NCBI GenBank assembly: GCA_964538435.1
Contig: CAZIDX010000001.1
Span: 393-64,392 of the forward strand
Source of the DNA: an uncultured Gammaproteobacteria bacterium
GTDB taxonomy: Bacteria > Patescibacteriota > Patescibacteriia > UBA9934 > GWF2-40-263
Reading direction: 5' to 3'
DNA: 64,000 nt
In this document: piece after piece, positions 1 through 8,733 of the stretch
Layout: every line of letters begins with the position of its first letter
Position numbering within the stretch: position 1 is the stretch's first letter
Translations under genes and position numbers: made by a program
Notes under the pieces: generated by a model
Database searches by the model: none
What the model saw: the letters and a program-made list of their open reading frames with translations, nothing else
What the model was told of the DNA's origin: nothing

Positions 1-370
1 GCGCGAGCTCAAGAAGTACGTGGACGACAAGGGTATCGTCGTGGCTGACCTGATCAGCGCGCGCGAAGAGACCAAGATGAACGAGATGCTGGCCGGCCTC
101 TCCACCAACGAGGACCAGGTCGATCTCTCCGGGGTCTACGATGCTCGTGACCGGGCCCAGGCCCGCGCCGAGATCTCGAGCGCCATGGCTGGCACCGACA
201 CCGGTGCGATCGAGGACGAGCTGGACGCCGCTGCGGCCAGTGCCGGAGTCGCGGACAGTTTCTTCGCCGAACTCGACGCCGACGCCGCGGTCGAGGCCGG
301 GCCCACCAAGCCCGCGACCGACAAGGCCAAGGACTCCGGGTCCATCGACTTCGGTGCCCTGGACGACTAG
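1..370 (+). CDS. 5'-truncated CDS; acidic, Ala/Asp-rich C-terminal fragment of a hypothetical protein
   Basis: Reading frame is open from base 2 to the stop at 368-370 with no start in the window, so the gene begins upstream. GC-rich codon usage matches the downstream operon. Confidence 0.4.
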   Translation, partial: RELKKYVDDKGIVVADLISAREETKMNEMLAGLSTNEDQVDLSGVYDARDRAQARAEISSAMAGTDTGAIEDELDAAAASAGVADSFFAELDADAAVEAGPTKPATDKAKDSGSIDFGALDD

Positions 371-435
371 CGCGTCTGGAAACGTGATACGCGTGGAGTG
401 AGATTCAACCCTCACTCCACATTTCAACGCTCAGA

Positions 436-449
436 GTGGGGAAATCCAC
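436..449 (+). promoter_or_regulatory. Conserved leader hairpin, copy A (GTGG-GGAAAT-CCAC) upstream of the lipoprotein gene
   Basis: GGGGAAATCC core with complementary flanks; same motif at 3669-3684 and 5648-5663; followed by CGAGTGAAAC. Confidence 0.4.
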
Positions 450-552
450 AACGAGTGAAACCCAACCTGTCAATTCCAAGAAAAGGAAACTTGGGAAAGA
501 CTTCAAACCCTCGGTCGCGGGTAAGCGACTAACCCCGAGAAGGAGACACTCC

Positions 553-1731
553 ATGCGTCACTCCCTGATCACCCTGATGGCCTTCGGCCTGCTGATGTCC
601 GCGTGCAACGTCGAGGTCGAGAACCCGCCCGTCGCCAACGACTCCACGAACACCGCCGCGGCGCCCGCCGAGGTCCTGTTCACCCCGGTCAAGGCCGCCG
701 ACGGCACCCCGGACTTCAAGCTCGCCTGGAGCTTCTACACCTCCTGGTCCACCCTCGCCTCCGCCGACGCCTTCCACTACATCGACATCCGCGATGGCTG
801 GCAGGGCAAGTTCGAGGTCGAGCACGGCGTTGACGTGGTCCTGGAGCGCCTGGACTACGTGCCCAGCTTCGGTGTCTACGCCGCAGGCGCGGCCGACGCG
901 GTCACCATCACCAACACCGACGCCATGGCCGTGGCCTTCGAGCGCAAGAAGGGCGTGGGCGACGCCACCGTGGCCGTGTTCCCGACCTCGTGGTCCAACG
1001 GCGCGGACAAGATCCTGGTCGAGAAGGCCATCGGCAACTGGGCCGGCCTCGCCGGCGTGCCGGTCAAGGGCGCCGAGCTCTCCGTGACCCAGTACCTGTT
1101 CTGGCGCTGCAACGCCCTGAACGGCACCATGGACCAGTACGACAAGAGCTACGTGTTCGAGAACCTGGATCCCGTGACCGGCGCGCCCCTGTTCGCCGGC
1201 AAGCAGGATCCCAACCTGCAGGCCTTCGGTGGCTGGTCTCCCGAGACCTTCATCGTCCTGGACGGTCGCAACGGCGACGAGAACAGCGCCAACGACGTCA
1301 TCGACCTGTGCAACTCCGAGGCCCTGGACCGCTACGAGATCACCGACATGATGGTGGTCGGGCAGTCCGTGCTCGAGCGCCCGGGCGGCGTCGAGGGTGT
1401 CAAGGCCCTGGCCGCGGCCATGGATGCCATGGCCTCCCGCGTGGCCAGTCCCACCCAGCAGGGTGAGACCTACCGAGCCATCTCCGTCAACTTCAACGAC
1501 GTGGAGACCGGCTACATCCAGAAGGCCATGACCCTGAGCCCGCTGTCGGCCCCGTCCAAGGACCATGCGATCCTGGACTCGAACGAGATGCGTGCCAACA
1601 TGAAGTACGTGGTCGACTTCAGTCTCGAGCACGACCTGATCGGCGCGGCCAGCGACGTCCCGTACAGCTGGGGCACCAAGGCAGAGGCTCCGGACGCGGT
1701 CCTGCGCTTCGACACCTCGTTCGTCCACTAG
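553..1731 (+). CDS. Secreted lipoprotein of unknown function, possibly the substrate-binding component of the adjacent ABC transporter
   Basis: RBS GAAGGAGA before ATG at 553. N-terminus MRHSLITLMAFGLLMSAC has a signal peptide and a lipobox-like LMSAC. The ORF-track start at 436 would add a non-hydrophobic leader. Confidence 0.55.
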   Translation: MRHSLITLMAFGLLMSACNVEVENPPVANDSTNTAAAPAEVLFTPVKAADGTPDFKLAWSFYTSWSTLASADAFHYIDIRDGWQGKFEVEHGVDVVLERLDYVPSFGVYAAGAADAVTITNTDAMAVAFERKKGVGDATVAVFPTSWSNGADKILVEKAIGNWAGLAGVPVKGAELSVTQYLFWRCNALNGTMDQYDKSYVFENLDPVTGAPLFAGKQDPNLQAFGGWSPETFIVLDGRNGDENSANDVIDLCNSEALDRYEITDMMVVGQSVLERPGGVEGVKALAAAMDAMASRVASPTQQGETYRAISVNFNDVETGYIQKAMTLSPLSAPSKDHAILDSNEMRANMKYVVDFSLEHDLIGAASDVPYSWGTKAEAPDAVLRFDTSFVH

Positions 1732-1805
1732 GACGAGCTTCCTGATCGCACACGCGTGATCAACTCCTGCAGCTAGTTCGCTGGCTGCAGGCTTTCCACT
1801 GGAGG

Positions 1806-2684
1806 ATGAGACACTTCGTCTCGTCAACCAATGAGAAGAAAATGGAGGCTGAGATGCAGCGAGAAAACGGCTGGCGCAAAGCCTTGCGTCAGATGACTAC
1901 CATGCGGGAACCGCTTCCCAAGTGGCAGGAGCACATGTTCTTCGCGCTGGCGATCCTCACGATCCTCAGCGTGTACACCTACATCGCGTACTTCGGCGAC
2001 AACACCACCATCCCGACCTGGACCGAGCTCTTCAAGGGCTTTGGCAAGATGATCACGGACCCACGCAACGGGGAGCACATGATCTGGATGGACTCGATCG
2101 CCTCGTTCTCGCGACTGATCCCAGCTGTGGCAACCGCCTCGCTCATCGGGACCCTCATCGGTCTCTACACCGGTGTGTACGTTGCTGCGGACTCGTTCTT
2201 CAGCAAGATCCTGAGCTTCATGGGCAACATCGTCCCGAACGCTGCCATGGTGGTCTTCCTGACCCTGTTCGGATTTGCGTTCAAGATGTACAACGCCGCG
2301 ATCATCTTCGGTATCCTGCCCATCATCGCTACCCGGGTTCACCAGGCAGTCAGTGAGGTCCACAACGACCACATCTACAGCGCCAAGACCCTGGGAGCGT
2401 CGTCCAGCGAGATCATCTGGACCATTCTGCTTCGGCAGTGCATGCCTCAGATCATCGCTGCGGTTCGCGCATCGATCGGTCTGGCACTGATCCTGCTGGT
2501 CGCCACCGAGTGGGTGGCAGGCAGCTCCGGATTCGGGTACCGCTTCATGCGGCTCTACCGGTCCGCGCGCATGGATGTGATCTTCCCGTACCTGATGTAC
2601 CTCGGGTTCCTGGGAATCATCATCCAGCTCTTCTTCAACCAGATGCAGCGCCTGCTGTGTCCTTGGTACACCAAGGAGGACTAG
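1806..2684 (+). CDS. ABC transporter permease, NitT/TauT (SsuC/TauC-like) family
   Basis: Multi-TM protein with the binding-protein-dependent transport signature region (IIAAVRASIGLALILLVATEW...); start codon uncertain (1806, 1839 or later). Confidence 0.7.
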   Translation: MRHFVSSTNEKKMEAEMQRENGWRKALRQMTTMREPLPKWQEHMFFALAILTILSVYTYIAYFGDNTTIPTWTELFKGFGKMITDPRNGEHMIWMDSIASFSRLIPAVATASLIGTLIGLYTGVYVAADSFFSKILSFMGNIVPNAAMVVFLTLFGFAFKMYNAAIIFGILPIIATRVHQAVSEVHNDHIYSAKTLGASSSEIIWTILLRQCMPQIIAAVRASIGLALILLVATEWVAGSSGFGYRFMRLYRSARMDVIFPYLMYLGFLGIIIQLFFNQMQRLLCPWYTKED

Positions 2685-2686
2685 CC

Positions 2687-3601
2687 ATGACTACTCATGA
2701 GCAAGGCGCCTGCGTGGCACTCGAATGCCAGAACGTCAGCAAGTCCTTCGGAAGCACCCGAGTTCTGACCGACATCAACCTCGAGATCGGAACTGGGCAG
2801 ATTGTGGCCCTGGTCGGTGCGTCCGGCTGCGGCAAGTCCACGCTCCTCAACATGATCGTGGGCACACATCGGCCTTCCACGGGTCTGATCTACACGGTCC
2901 AGGACGGGTCCAAGACCCATGTGCAGACGCACGGTCCTGACCGCGGTATGGTCTACCAGAACTACAGCCTGTACCCGCACCTGACCGCGCTGAGGAACGT
3001 GACGCTCGGGCCCATGCTGCACGAGACGTCCATTCCTGGCCGCTGGCTGGGCTGGATCACGGGTTCGTGGCGCCAGCTGCGACGCGAGCATCAGGGCAAG
3101 GCCATGAAGCTCCTCACCGAGCTCGGTCTGGGTGAGCACGCTCACAAGTACCCGCACCAGCTCTCGGGTGGGAAGCGCCAGCGCGTGGCCATTGCCCGAT
3201 CCCTGATCATGGATCCCCAGATCCTGCTGCTCGACGAGCCCTTCGGAGCGCTCGACGAGGAAACGCGCAATGACGCGCGCCGCCTGTTGCTGGACCTCTA
3301 CGGCAAGGTGACCATCCTGATGGTGACCCACTCGCTCGAAGAGGCTGTGCACGTGGGTGACCGTGTGATCGCGCTTGGGAAGAACTGGAACGGCGGCGAG
3401 CGCGGTGCAACCGTGATCTACGACAAGCCGGCTCCGGTCTACATCTCCAGCGACCCGCTGCAGGACACCAAGATCATCGAGCAGGCCCAAGAGATCTTCC
3501 GGGCCATGTTCGAAAGCCCGAACCTCGACCCTACCGAGTACGTCACCTTCTGGGACGACGTCAAGGCCGGGCGGGTCGAAGGGGTCCTGGCATCGCGCTA
3601 G
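2687..3601 (+). CDS. ABC transporter ATP-binding protein (NitT/TauT family) with a C-terminal extension of about 50 aa
   Basis: RBS AAGGAGGA before ATG 2687; Walker A GASGCGKST, ABC signature LSGGKRQR, Walker B LLLDEPFGALD. The ORF-track start at 2438 overlaps the permease frame. Confidence 0.85.
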   Translation: MTTHEQGACVALECQNVSKSFGSTRVLTDINLEIGTGQIVALVGASGCGKSTLLNMIVGTHRPSTGLIYTVQDGSKTHVQTHGPDRGMVYQNYSLYPHLTALRNVTLGPMLHETSIPGRWLGWITGSWRQLRREHQGKAMKLLTELGLGEHAHKYPHQLSGGKRQRVAIARSLIMDPQILLLDEPFGALDEETRNDARRLLLDLYGKVTILMVTHSLEEAVHVGDRVIALGKNWNGGERGATVIYDKPAPVYISSDPLQDTKIIEQAQEIFRAMFESPNLDPTEYVTFWDDVKAGRVEGVLASR

Positions 3602-3668
3602 GACAAACAAAACGAGCTCAGCTCGAACGAGAGCGAGGCCCACAAAGCCTCGCTCTTTCTACATCAGA

Positions 3669-3684
3669 CTCGGGGAAATCCGAG
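3669..3684 (+). promoter_or_regulatory. Conserved leader hairpin, copy C (CTCGG-GGAAAT-CCGAG) about 35 nt upstream of the AAA+ gene start
   Basis: Same GGGGAAATCC core with covarying flanks; followed by CGATGACCAATCTACAA box shared with copy B. Confidence 0.45.
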
Positions 3685-3719
3685 AACGATGACCAATCTA
3701 CAAACGGAGGATAGACGCG

Positions 3720-5600
3720 ATGAAATTCCGTCATCTCGACTACGAGTTCCGACGTCAGACTGCCAGGATGTTCATGTCCGGGCAGTCGCAGAGCATCATT
3801 CTCCACGGCAACGTGGGGGACTACTTCTACCTGAAGCCCGAGCATTCAGGCAGGGATCCGAAGACCAACGAGATCCTGCACAAGGAAGGCAAGTACGTCA
3901 CCATGCTCGACTACTTGCGTCCGAGGTGGGGGAACGTGGCCAATACCATCCTGCTCGTCTACGAGCTGGGTGGCCCGATCCAGTTCATGTCCAAGGAAGA
4001 CCGCACGCTGTTGCGCGAAGCTTGGCTCAAGTTCCGGACAGAGGAGCTCTGGCAGGAGAACATGAAGGCCGACATCCTGGTCGATCCCAAGGAGGCCGAA
4101 GAACAGGTCGCGTCGCAGTTCAACGAGCTGCTCACTCGAGCCCACAAGGACCCGTCTCAGGCCCTGCGCATTCTGCGCAAGTTCTGCCAGATCTCCCGCT
4201 GGGAACACAAGGACAACCCGATCCGTAATCATCGGATCGTGATCCTGCTCGAGGATGCGGACCTGATCATTCCCGAAGGGGAGATCACGCGCATGAGCGA
4301 CAAGGATCGTCGGCGCATGGTGATCTGTCGGGAGTGGTTCACGGACCCTGGGTTCATGAACGGCGAAGACGCAGTGGTCATGATCGCTGAGTCTGCCAGC
4401 CAGATCAACGGTCGTGTCAGCAAGCTCCCGCAGGTTCTTCGTGTGGCTGTGAACGCTCCTCTGGAGCACGAGCGTGCACACTACATCCGATGGTTCAACG
4501 CCATGCAACCCAAGGATCGCAAGATCAAGCTCTGGGGCACACAGGAAGTACTGGCTGCCTACTCAGCAGGCCTGAACTTGCACGCCCTGCGCCAGATGCT
4601 CGTGGGTGCCACCTACGAGGATCGCAAGCTCGAGAAGAGCGACGTCACTGACCATGTCGAGGCGTACATCATCGCGCAGCTGGGTGAGGGTACGGTCGAG
4701 TTCCATCGGCCACACCACCACCTCAAGGATCTGGTCGGAAACGCAGACGTGATCCGCTTCCTGCGCGAGACCGTGATCCCGCGCATGCTCTCAACCGGCA
4801 AGAGCGCTCTCAGCGGCATTGCTGTCTCAGGCCCTATCGGTGCAGGCAAGACCTTCATCTTCGAGGCTGTGGCTGCCGAACTGGGTATGCCGGTCCTGAT
4901 CCTCAAGAACCTCCGCAGCAAGTGGTTCGGAGGTACGGATGTGATCATGGAGCGGCTCGAGCGCGTGCTCTACAGTCTGTCCAAGGTCGCGATCTTCGTG
5001 GACGAAGCCGACACCGTGTTCGGCGGAGTCGGACAGGACGTACACGCCACCGAGCGCAGGCTCACCGGCAAGATCCAGTCCTGGATGTCAGACCCGCGCC
5101 TCAAGGGCAAGGTGATCTGGATCCTGATGACGGCCCGCGTGCAGAACCTATCCGCAGACATCCGTCGCCCCGGGCGCGTTGGCAACCTGATCATCCCGAT
5201 CCTGGACCCGACCGGCGACGATCGCATTGCGTTCATCAACTGGGCGCTCAAGGGCTACTGCAAGCTTCCTAAGCAGGGGAGCGCAGAATGGATCCGAATC
5301 GAAGAAGCAACCAAGGGTTTCTCGGCCGCGCAGTTCGCTGCACTTCGAGAAGAGCTGGATGCTCAGGTCGAGCTCACAGGCAATGATCTCACCTTCAAGG
5401 ACGCTCTCGAGATCCTAGAAGAACAGCTCTCAGCTGACATCCAGACCGAGCGCCGAGTCCAGGAGCTCTACGCTCTGGTCAACTGCACACGCAAAAGCCT
5501 GCTGCCCGGCGGCAAGGACCTGTCGCGTGCGGATGTCGAGGAGCTGAAGAAGGGGTGGATGAAGGAGATCCACATGCACAAGCGCGCACTCGCCGCTTGA
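3720..5600 (+). CDS. Classic-clade AAA+ ATPase with a degenerate N-terminal AAA-like domain (two-domain architecture)
   Basis: RBS GGAGGA; C-terminal domain has Walker A GPIGAGKT, Walker B IFVDEAD, and an SRH-like RPGRVGN motif. N-terminal half has pseudo Walker A GQSQSIILHGNVGD and Walker B-like VILLEDAD. Confidence 0.75.
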   Translation: MKFRHLDYEFRRQTARMFMSGQSQSIILHGNVGDYFYLKPEHSGRDPKTNEILHKEGKYVTMLDYLRPRWGNVANTILLVYELGGPIQFMSKEDRTLLREAWLKFRTEELWQENMKADILVDPKEAEEQVASQFNELLTRAHKDPSQALRILRKFCQISRWEHKDNPIRNHRIVILLEDADLIIPEGEITRMSDKDRRRMVICREWFTDPGFMNGEDAVVMIAESASQINGRVSKLPQVLRVAVNAPLEHERAHYIRWFNAMQPKDRKIKLWGTQEVLAAYSAGLNLHALRQMLVGATYEDRKLEKSDVTDHVEAYIIAQLGEGTVEFHRPHHHLKDLVGNADVIRFLRETVIPRMLSTGKSALSGIAVSGPIGAGKTFIFEAVAAELGMPVLILKNLRSKWFGGTDVIMERLERVLYSLSKVAIFVDEADTVFGGVGQDVHATERRLTGKIQSWMSDPRLKGKVIWILMTARVQNLSADIRRPGRVGNLIIPILDPTGDDRIAFINWALKGYCKLPKQGSAEWIRIEEATKGFSAAQFAALREELDAQVELTGNDLTFKDALEILEEQLSADIQTERRVQELYALVNCTRKSLLPGGKDLSRADVEELKKGWMKEIHMHKRALAA

Positions 5601-5647
5601 ACACCAGGGTTCGTCAACGACTGACGGACCCATTTCAACACGCAGCG

Positions 5648-5663
5648 CAGGGGAAATCCTGCA
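5648..5663 (+). promoter_or_regulatory. Conserved leader hairpin, copy B (GCAGG-GGAAAT-CCTGC) about 35 nt upstream of the next gene
   Basis: Third copy of the GGGGAAATCC core with compensatory flank changes; followed by GTGTGACCAACTACCA box. Confidence 0.45.
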
Positions 5664-5696
5664 CGTGTGACCAACTACCAGGACCGGAGTGAAACA

Positions 5697-6809
5697 ATGC
5701 CCACCATGCACGCCCGCCTGTGCCGCACGATTCTTCGAAACGCCAGGAAGGCGGGGAAGTTCTACGAGTACGACGATGAGAGCTCGCTCGACGAGCCCAT
5801 CATGTTCTTCTTCCAAGAGTCCGTGGAAGGTCTGGTGCTCTTCATTGTGTACCGCACACTTCCATGCGTCTTCAACGGATGCACCTTCTGCCGTCTGCCT
5901 GGTACATCCACGCTGCGCGAGGTGAACTTCCGTCACGTAATGAATCAGACCAGGTACGTGATGACCCACCCGGACGTGGTGCCGCGCCTGGACGAGATCC
6001 AGAAGCTGATCATCTCCAACCAAGGCTCCATCCTGGACCAACGCACGTTCGACCAGCTCGCGCTCATGGACCTGATCGCTCAGGGTGAGTACAACTTCCC
6101 GAACATGGCTAGCATGTGCCTGGAGACCCGCATCTGCTACGTCGAGGATGAAGAGATTGTGCTACTCGGCCATGCCATGGCTGGCGGTGACACCGTGACT
6201 GTGCTCGAGTTCGGGATCGGGGTCGAGGCCTACAACGACTCAATCCGCAACTCCAGGCTCGGCAAGGGGATGCATCTGCGCGAGAAGCCCAACAGCCTCG
6301 AGCGACTGGCCGAACGGCTCTCGCTCTTGTGTGAGGACATGCTACGCTTCCGCATCAAGTGCTACTTCCTGCAGAAGCCCCACGAGAGCATGACCGACGA
6401 AGAGGCGGTCCAGGACGTCAAGGACATGATCGACTTCATGTCTGGTCTGGTCGCCAAGCATGCGATCCGGATGAACCTCCATCTCAACCCCACCTTCGCG
6501 GCCAAGGAAACCAAGCTCGAGACCGAATTCAAGGCCGGCAGGTTCACACCGCCACGCCTGAGTGATGTCGCGCGCGCGGTTCTCTACGCCGAGGACAAGG
6601 GGGTGAGTGTGTTTGTCGGGCTCGACGACGAGGGGCTTGCCTGCGAAGGAGGTTCCTTCCTGCAGCCTGGCAACGAGCGCATGGTTGCGGCCCTGGATCA
6701 GTTCAACCGTACGCAAGACTTCGATGAGCTGCGCGCAAGGCTGGATGCCTACCTTGGCGATCCGCACTACAATCACGAGACCGACCTGATCGAGGTTCCA
6801 ACGGCCTGA
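5697..6809 (+). CDS. Hypothetical 370-aa protein with a CX4CX2C cysteine cluster (CVFNGCTFC)
   Basis: RBS GGAG before ATG 5697 (ORF track starts at GTG 5667). GC-rich codon usage; sits immediately downstream of the AAA+ gene and shares its leader motif. No family recognised. Confidence 0.55.
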   Translation: MPTMHARLCRTILRNARKAGKFYEYDDESSLDEPIMFFFQESVEGLVLFIVYRTLPCVFNGCTFCRLPGTSTLREVNFRHVMNQTRYVMTHPDVVPRLDEIQKLIISNQGSILDQRTFDQLALMDLIAQGEYNFPNMASMCLETRICYVEDEEIVLLGHAMAGGDTVTVLEFGIGVEAYNDSIRNSRLGKGMHLREKPNSLERLAERLSLLCEDMLRFRIKCYFLQKPHESMTDEEAVQDVKDMIDFMSGLVAKHAIRMNLHLNPTFAAKETKLETEFKAGRFTPPRLSDVARAVLYAEDKGVSVFVGLDDEGLACEGGSFLQPGNERMVAALDQFNRTQDFDELRARLDAYLGDPHYNHETDLIEVPTA

Positions 6810-6837
6810 TCAGCACGTCTCAACGCGCAAACGCAAA

Positions 6838-6868
6838 CGCAGAGCTCGCCTGAGCCCTGCGTTTTCTA
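6838..6868 (+). terminator. Rho-independent terminator of the GC-rich operon
   Basis: CGCAGAG...CCCTGCG stem followed by TTTTCT, then the conserved TTTTCTAATTG linker. Confidence 0.6.
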
Positions 6869-6876
6869 ATTGAACA

Positions 6877-6922
6877 GGTGGATACCATTTAAGTGCCGAT
6901 CGGACCTTATATGGTATCCACC
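6877..6922. repeat. REP-like palindromic repeat, copy 1 (GGTGGATACCATTTAAG-TGCCGATCGGAC-CTTATATGGTATCCACC)
   Basis: 46-bp inverted repeat with a CCGATCGG core; near-identical copies at 31145-31188 and 33693-33735, with outer arms covarying (GGTGG/CCACC vs GGGG/CCCC). Confidence 0.65.
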
Positions 6923-6928
6923 GAGAAT

Positions 6929-7441
6929 CTATTTAATTGTATACAAATAGAGATCAAGTTGCCCCGCGGCTTTGCTTATCTCTTCAGCCTCCCATTCAGG
7001 GATCGGCCAGACATAGCTGATAACCCTAGTTCCAGGTTTGAGCTCTGAGCGAAGCTTTGACTCAATCTTTTCATATGTCTCAGGCATCAGAAACATGTAC
7101 ACCGCATCATATTCATTCAAGTTCTTACCAAACACATTCCCAAATCGATATCGAGCTCGAGAACGCGTTGCTGATGCTTGCAGGGCTGCAACAAGATATT
7201 GCAGTAGAGAAAGCTCAACGCCATGCACTGCGACTCCGGGATTCTTCTGAGCCAAATGTCGACATACACGCCCATTCCCACACCCAAGCTCAACGAACTT
7301 CTCACCATCCTTAAGCTTGAGTAATTTATGTATCCGATCAAGATCTTGCTTCCTGGTAGGCACCCAAGGCGCCCCAGAAGCCGCTGCATACGCAAGCGAG
7401 GCCAGGAGAACCAAGCCAATCCCAGCAAAAACATATAACAT
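6929..7441 (-). CDS. Class I SAM-dependent methyltransferase, small, with an N-terminal TM segment
   Basis: Motif I VELGCGNGRV; about 170 aa. Confidence 0.65.
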   Translation of the reverse strand: MLYVFAGIGLVLLASLAYAAASGAPWVPTRKQDLDRIHKLLKLKDGEKFVELGCGNGRVCRHLAQKNPGVAVHGVELSLLQYLVAALQASATRSRARYRFGNVFGKNLNEYDAVYMFLMPETYEKIESKLRSELKPGTRVISYVWPIPEWEAEEISKAAGQLDLYLYTIK

Positions 7442-7703
7442 ATGGATTGATTATAGCACTGAAACGAATCATCGCCACCTTACTCGACACAAACGTGAGG
7501 ATTTGGAAACGCTATCAAGGCCGCAGGGGACAATTTTTGTGAGAATCCCGCTTGCGGGATCGAACAAAGAATTCGTCCCTGAGGCTACTCTGACAAAACC
7601 CCCACCCGCAGCCAAAAAGAAGACACCCTCCGTTCCAGTCCCCAAGCAAGGGAAAGGGAAGGAGGGTGCTTCGTCGCGACGTTTCGTGCGTCGCGTCAGG
7701 GAG

Positions 7704-8480
7704 CTAGGCCTGTGCCGGCTCCTGGTTGTTCACCACGAGCTGCAGGCCGCTGCCGCGCAGCAGATCACTCATGCTGGCGCTGCCGCCGCTGTCCTGGTGA
7801 ACGACATCCTCACCATCGGCCAGGTCGGCATTGGTCAGGATCTCGCGCACGCGCATGTCGAGGTTGATGCCCTTGCCGCTGACCGGGTTCCAGTCCAGGC
7901 TGCGGGTCGCGAAGGTGCGGGACTCGCCGCCGAACATGAGCGGAGCCGGCCGCGAGTACATCATGCCAGCGGGATCCTTGAGCACGATGCGCTGCTTGGG
8001 CTTGGGATCACCTTCCTCGAGCGGGAAGACATCCAGGAAGAACATGTAGTTCTTCCAGACCTTGAAGTGGGGATCCTGGCGCGTGTCCGCGTCCTTGATG
8101 TGCACGGTGCGCACACCGACCTTGACCCGGCCAGCGACGATCAGGGCGTCATCGCCCTTGGGGCCGCGCAGGTGCACGCTGATGCCGCTGCAGCGGTCGC
8201 CCAGGCGCACGTGATGGTACTCGCCGATGGGGGAGTCGGTCACGGGCGTGTGCTCCGCACCCTTGGGGATCTCGATGATGCAGGGGCCCAGGTCCTCGGC
8301 GTAGAACAGTTCCTGGATCGTGGGGTCGTTGCCCTTGTGTCGGGGCGGCTTCTCGATGGTGGCGATGTGACCCACGCCGTCGGTCTCGACGTTCATCGCT
8401 CGCAGCTCGGCGAGGAAGTCCTCCCAGTGCGCAAGAACGTTCAGTCCTCCGATCGTTCGGACGGTCATGTCGGACATCAT
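7704..8480 (-). CDS. Hypothetical protein, GC-rich gene
   Basis: 258-aa ORF with ordinary amino-acid composition; the overlapping + ORF 7317-8726 looks like an antisense shadow. A TTGACA-N17-TATTTT promoter lies on the minus strand near 8560-8600. Confidence 0.55.
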   Translation of the reverse strand: MMSDMTVRTIGGLNVLAHWEDFLAELRAMNVETDGVGHIATIEKPPRHKGNDPTIQELFYAEDLGPCIIEIPKGAEHTPVTDSPIGEYHHVRLGDRCSGISVHLRGPKGDDALIVAGRVKVGVRTVHIKDADTRQDPHFKVWKNYMFFLDVFPLEEGDPKPKQRIVLKDPAGMMYSRPAPLMFGGESRTFATRSLDWNPVSGKGINLDMRVREILTNADLADGEDVVHQDSGGSASMSDLLRGSGLQLVVNNQEPAQA

Positions 8481-8664
8481 TCACTCCATTGGTTGACGCG
8501 GCCAAGTCGTGGCGGCGTACAGGATTTCCGCTTTAAAAACGGTTCTGACGCAGCGGTCAGACGACGAAAAATACCACAAAATGGTACTTTTGTCAACCTC
8601 TGGAGCCAAAAAACACACAAAAATGGATGCTTTTTATGGATTCGACCCTGGGGAAATCTCTTTG

Positions 8665-8692
8665 TTTACAAAAAAAATACCTTGTGTATAAT
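8665..8692 (+). promoter_or_regulatory. Sigma70-type promoter (TTTACA-N16-TGTGTATAAT, extended -10) for the 8734 gene
   Basis: Read directly from the sequence; a GGGGAAATC motif sits just upstream at 8650-8658. Confidence 0.55.
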
Positions 8693-8733
8693 CCGTTTCG
8701 AAGCATTCATTTCTATTAATCCTTAGGAGGAGT

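Noticed and set aside
529-1827. Long antisense ORFs in the GC-rich modules: 529-1827(-), 2681-3643(-), 3846-4508(-), 5430-6041(-), 7317-8726(+), 21267-22217(+), 24563-24940(-) and similar
   Set aside because: They are typical shadow ORFs opposite real GC-rich genes, with Arg/Ala/Gly/His-rich low-complexity translations and no RBS. The opposite-strand genes have motifs and proper starts.
6800-6930. Possibility that the GC-rich 5' block is a chimeric assembly join
   Set aside because: Not adopted as the primary reading. The terminator-TTTTCTAATTG-palindrome unit at the junction recurs twice more inside the lower-GC region, which argues for one replicon. It cannot be excluded without read-level evidence.
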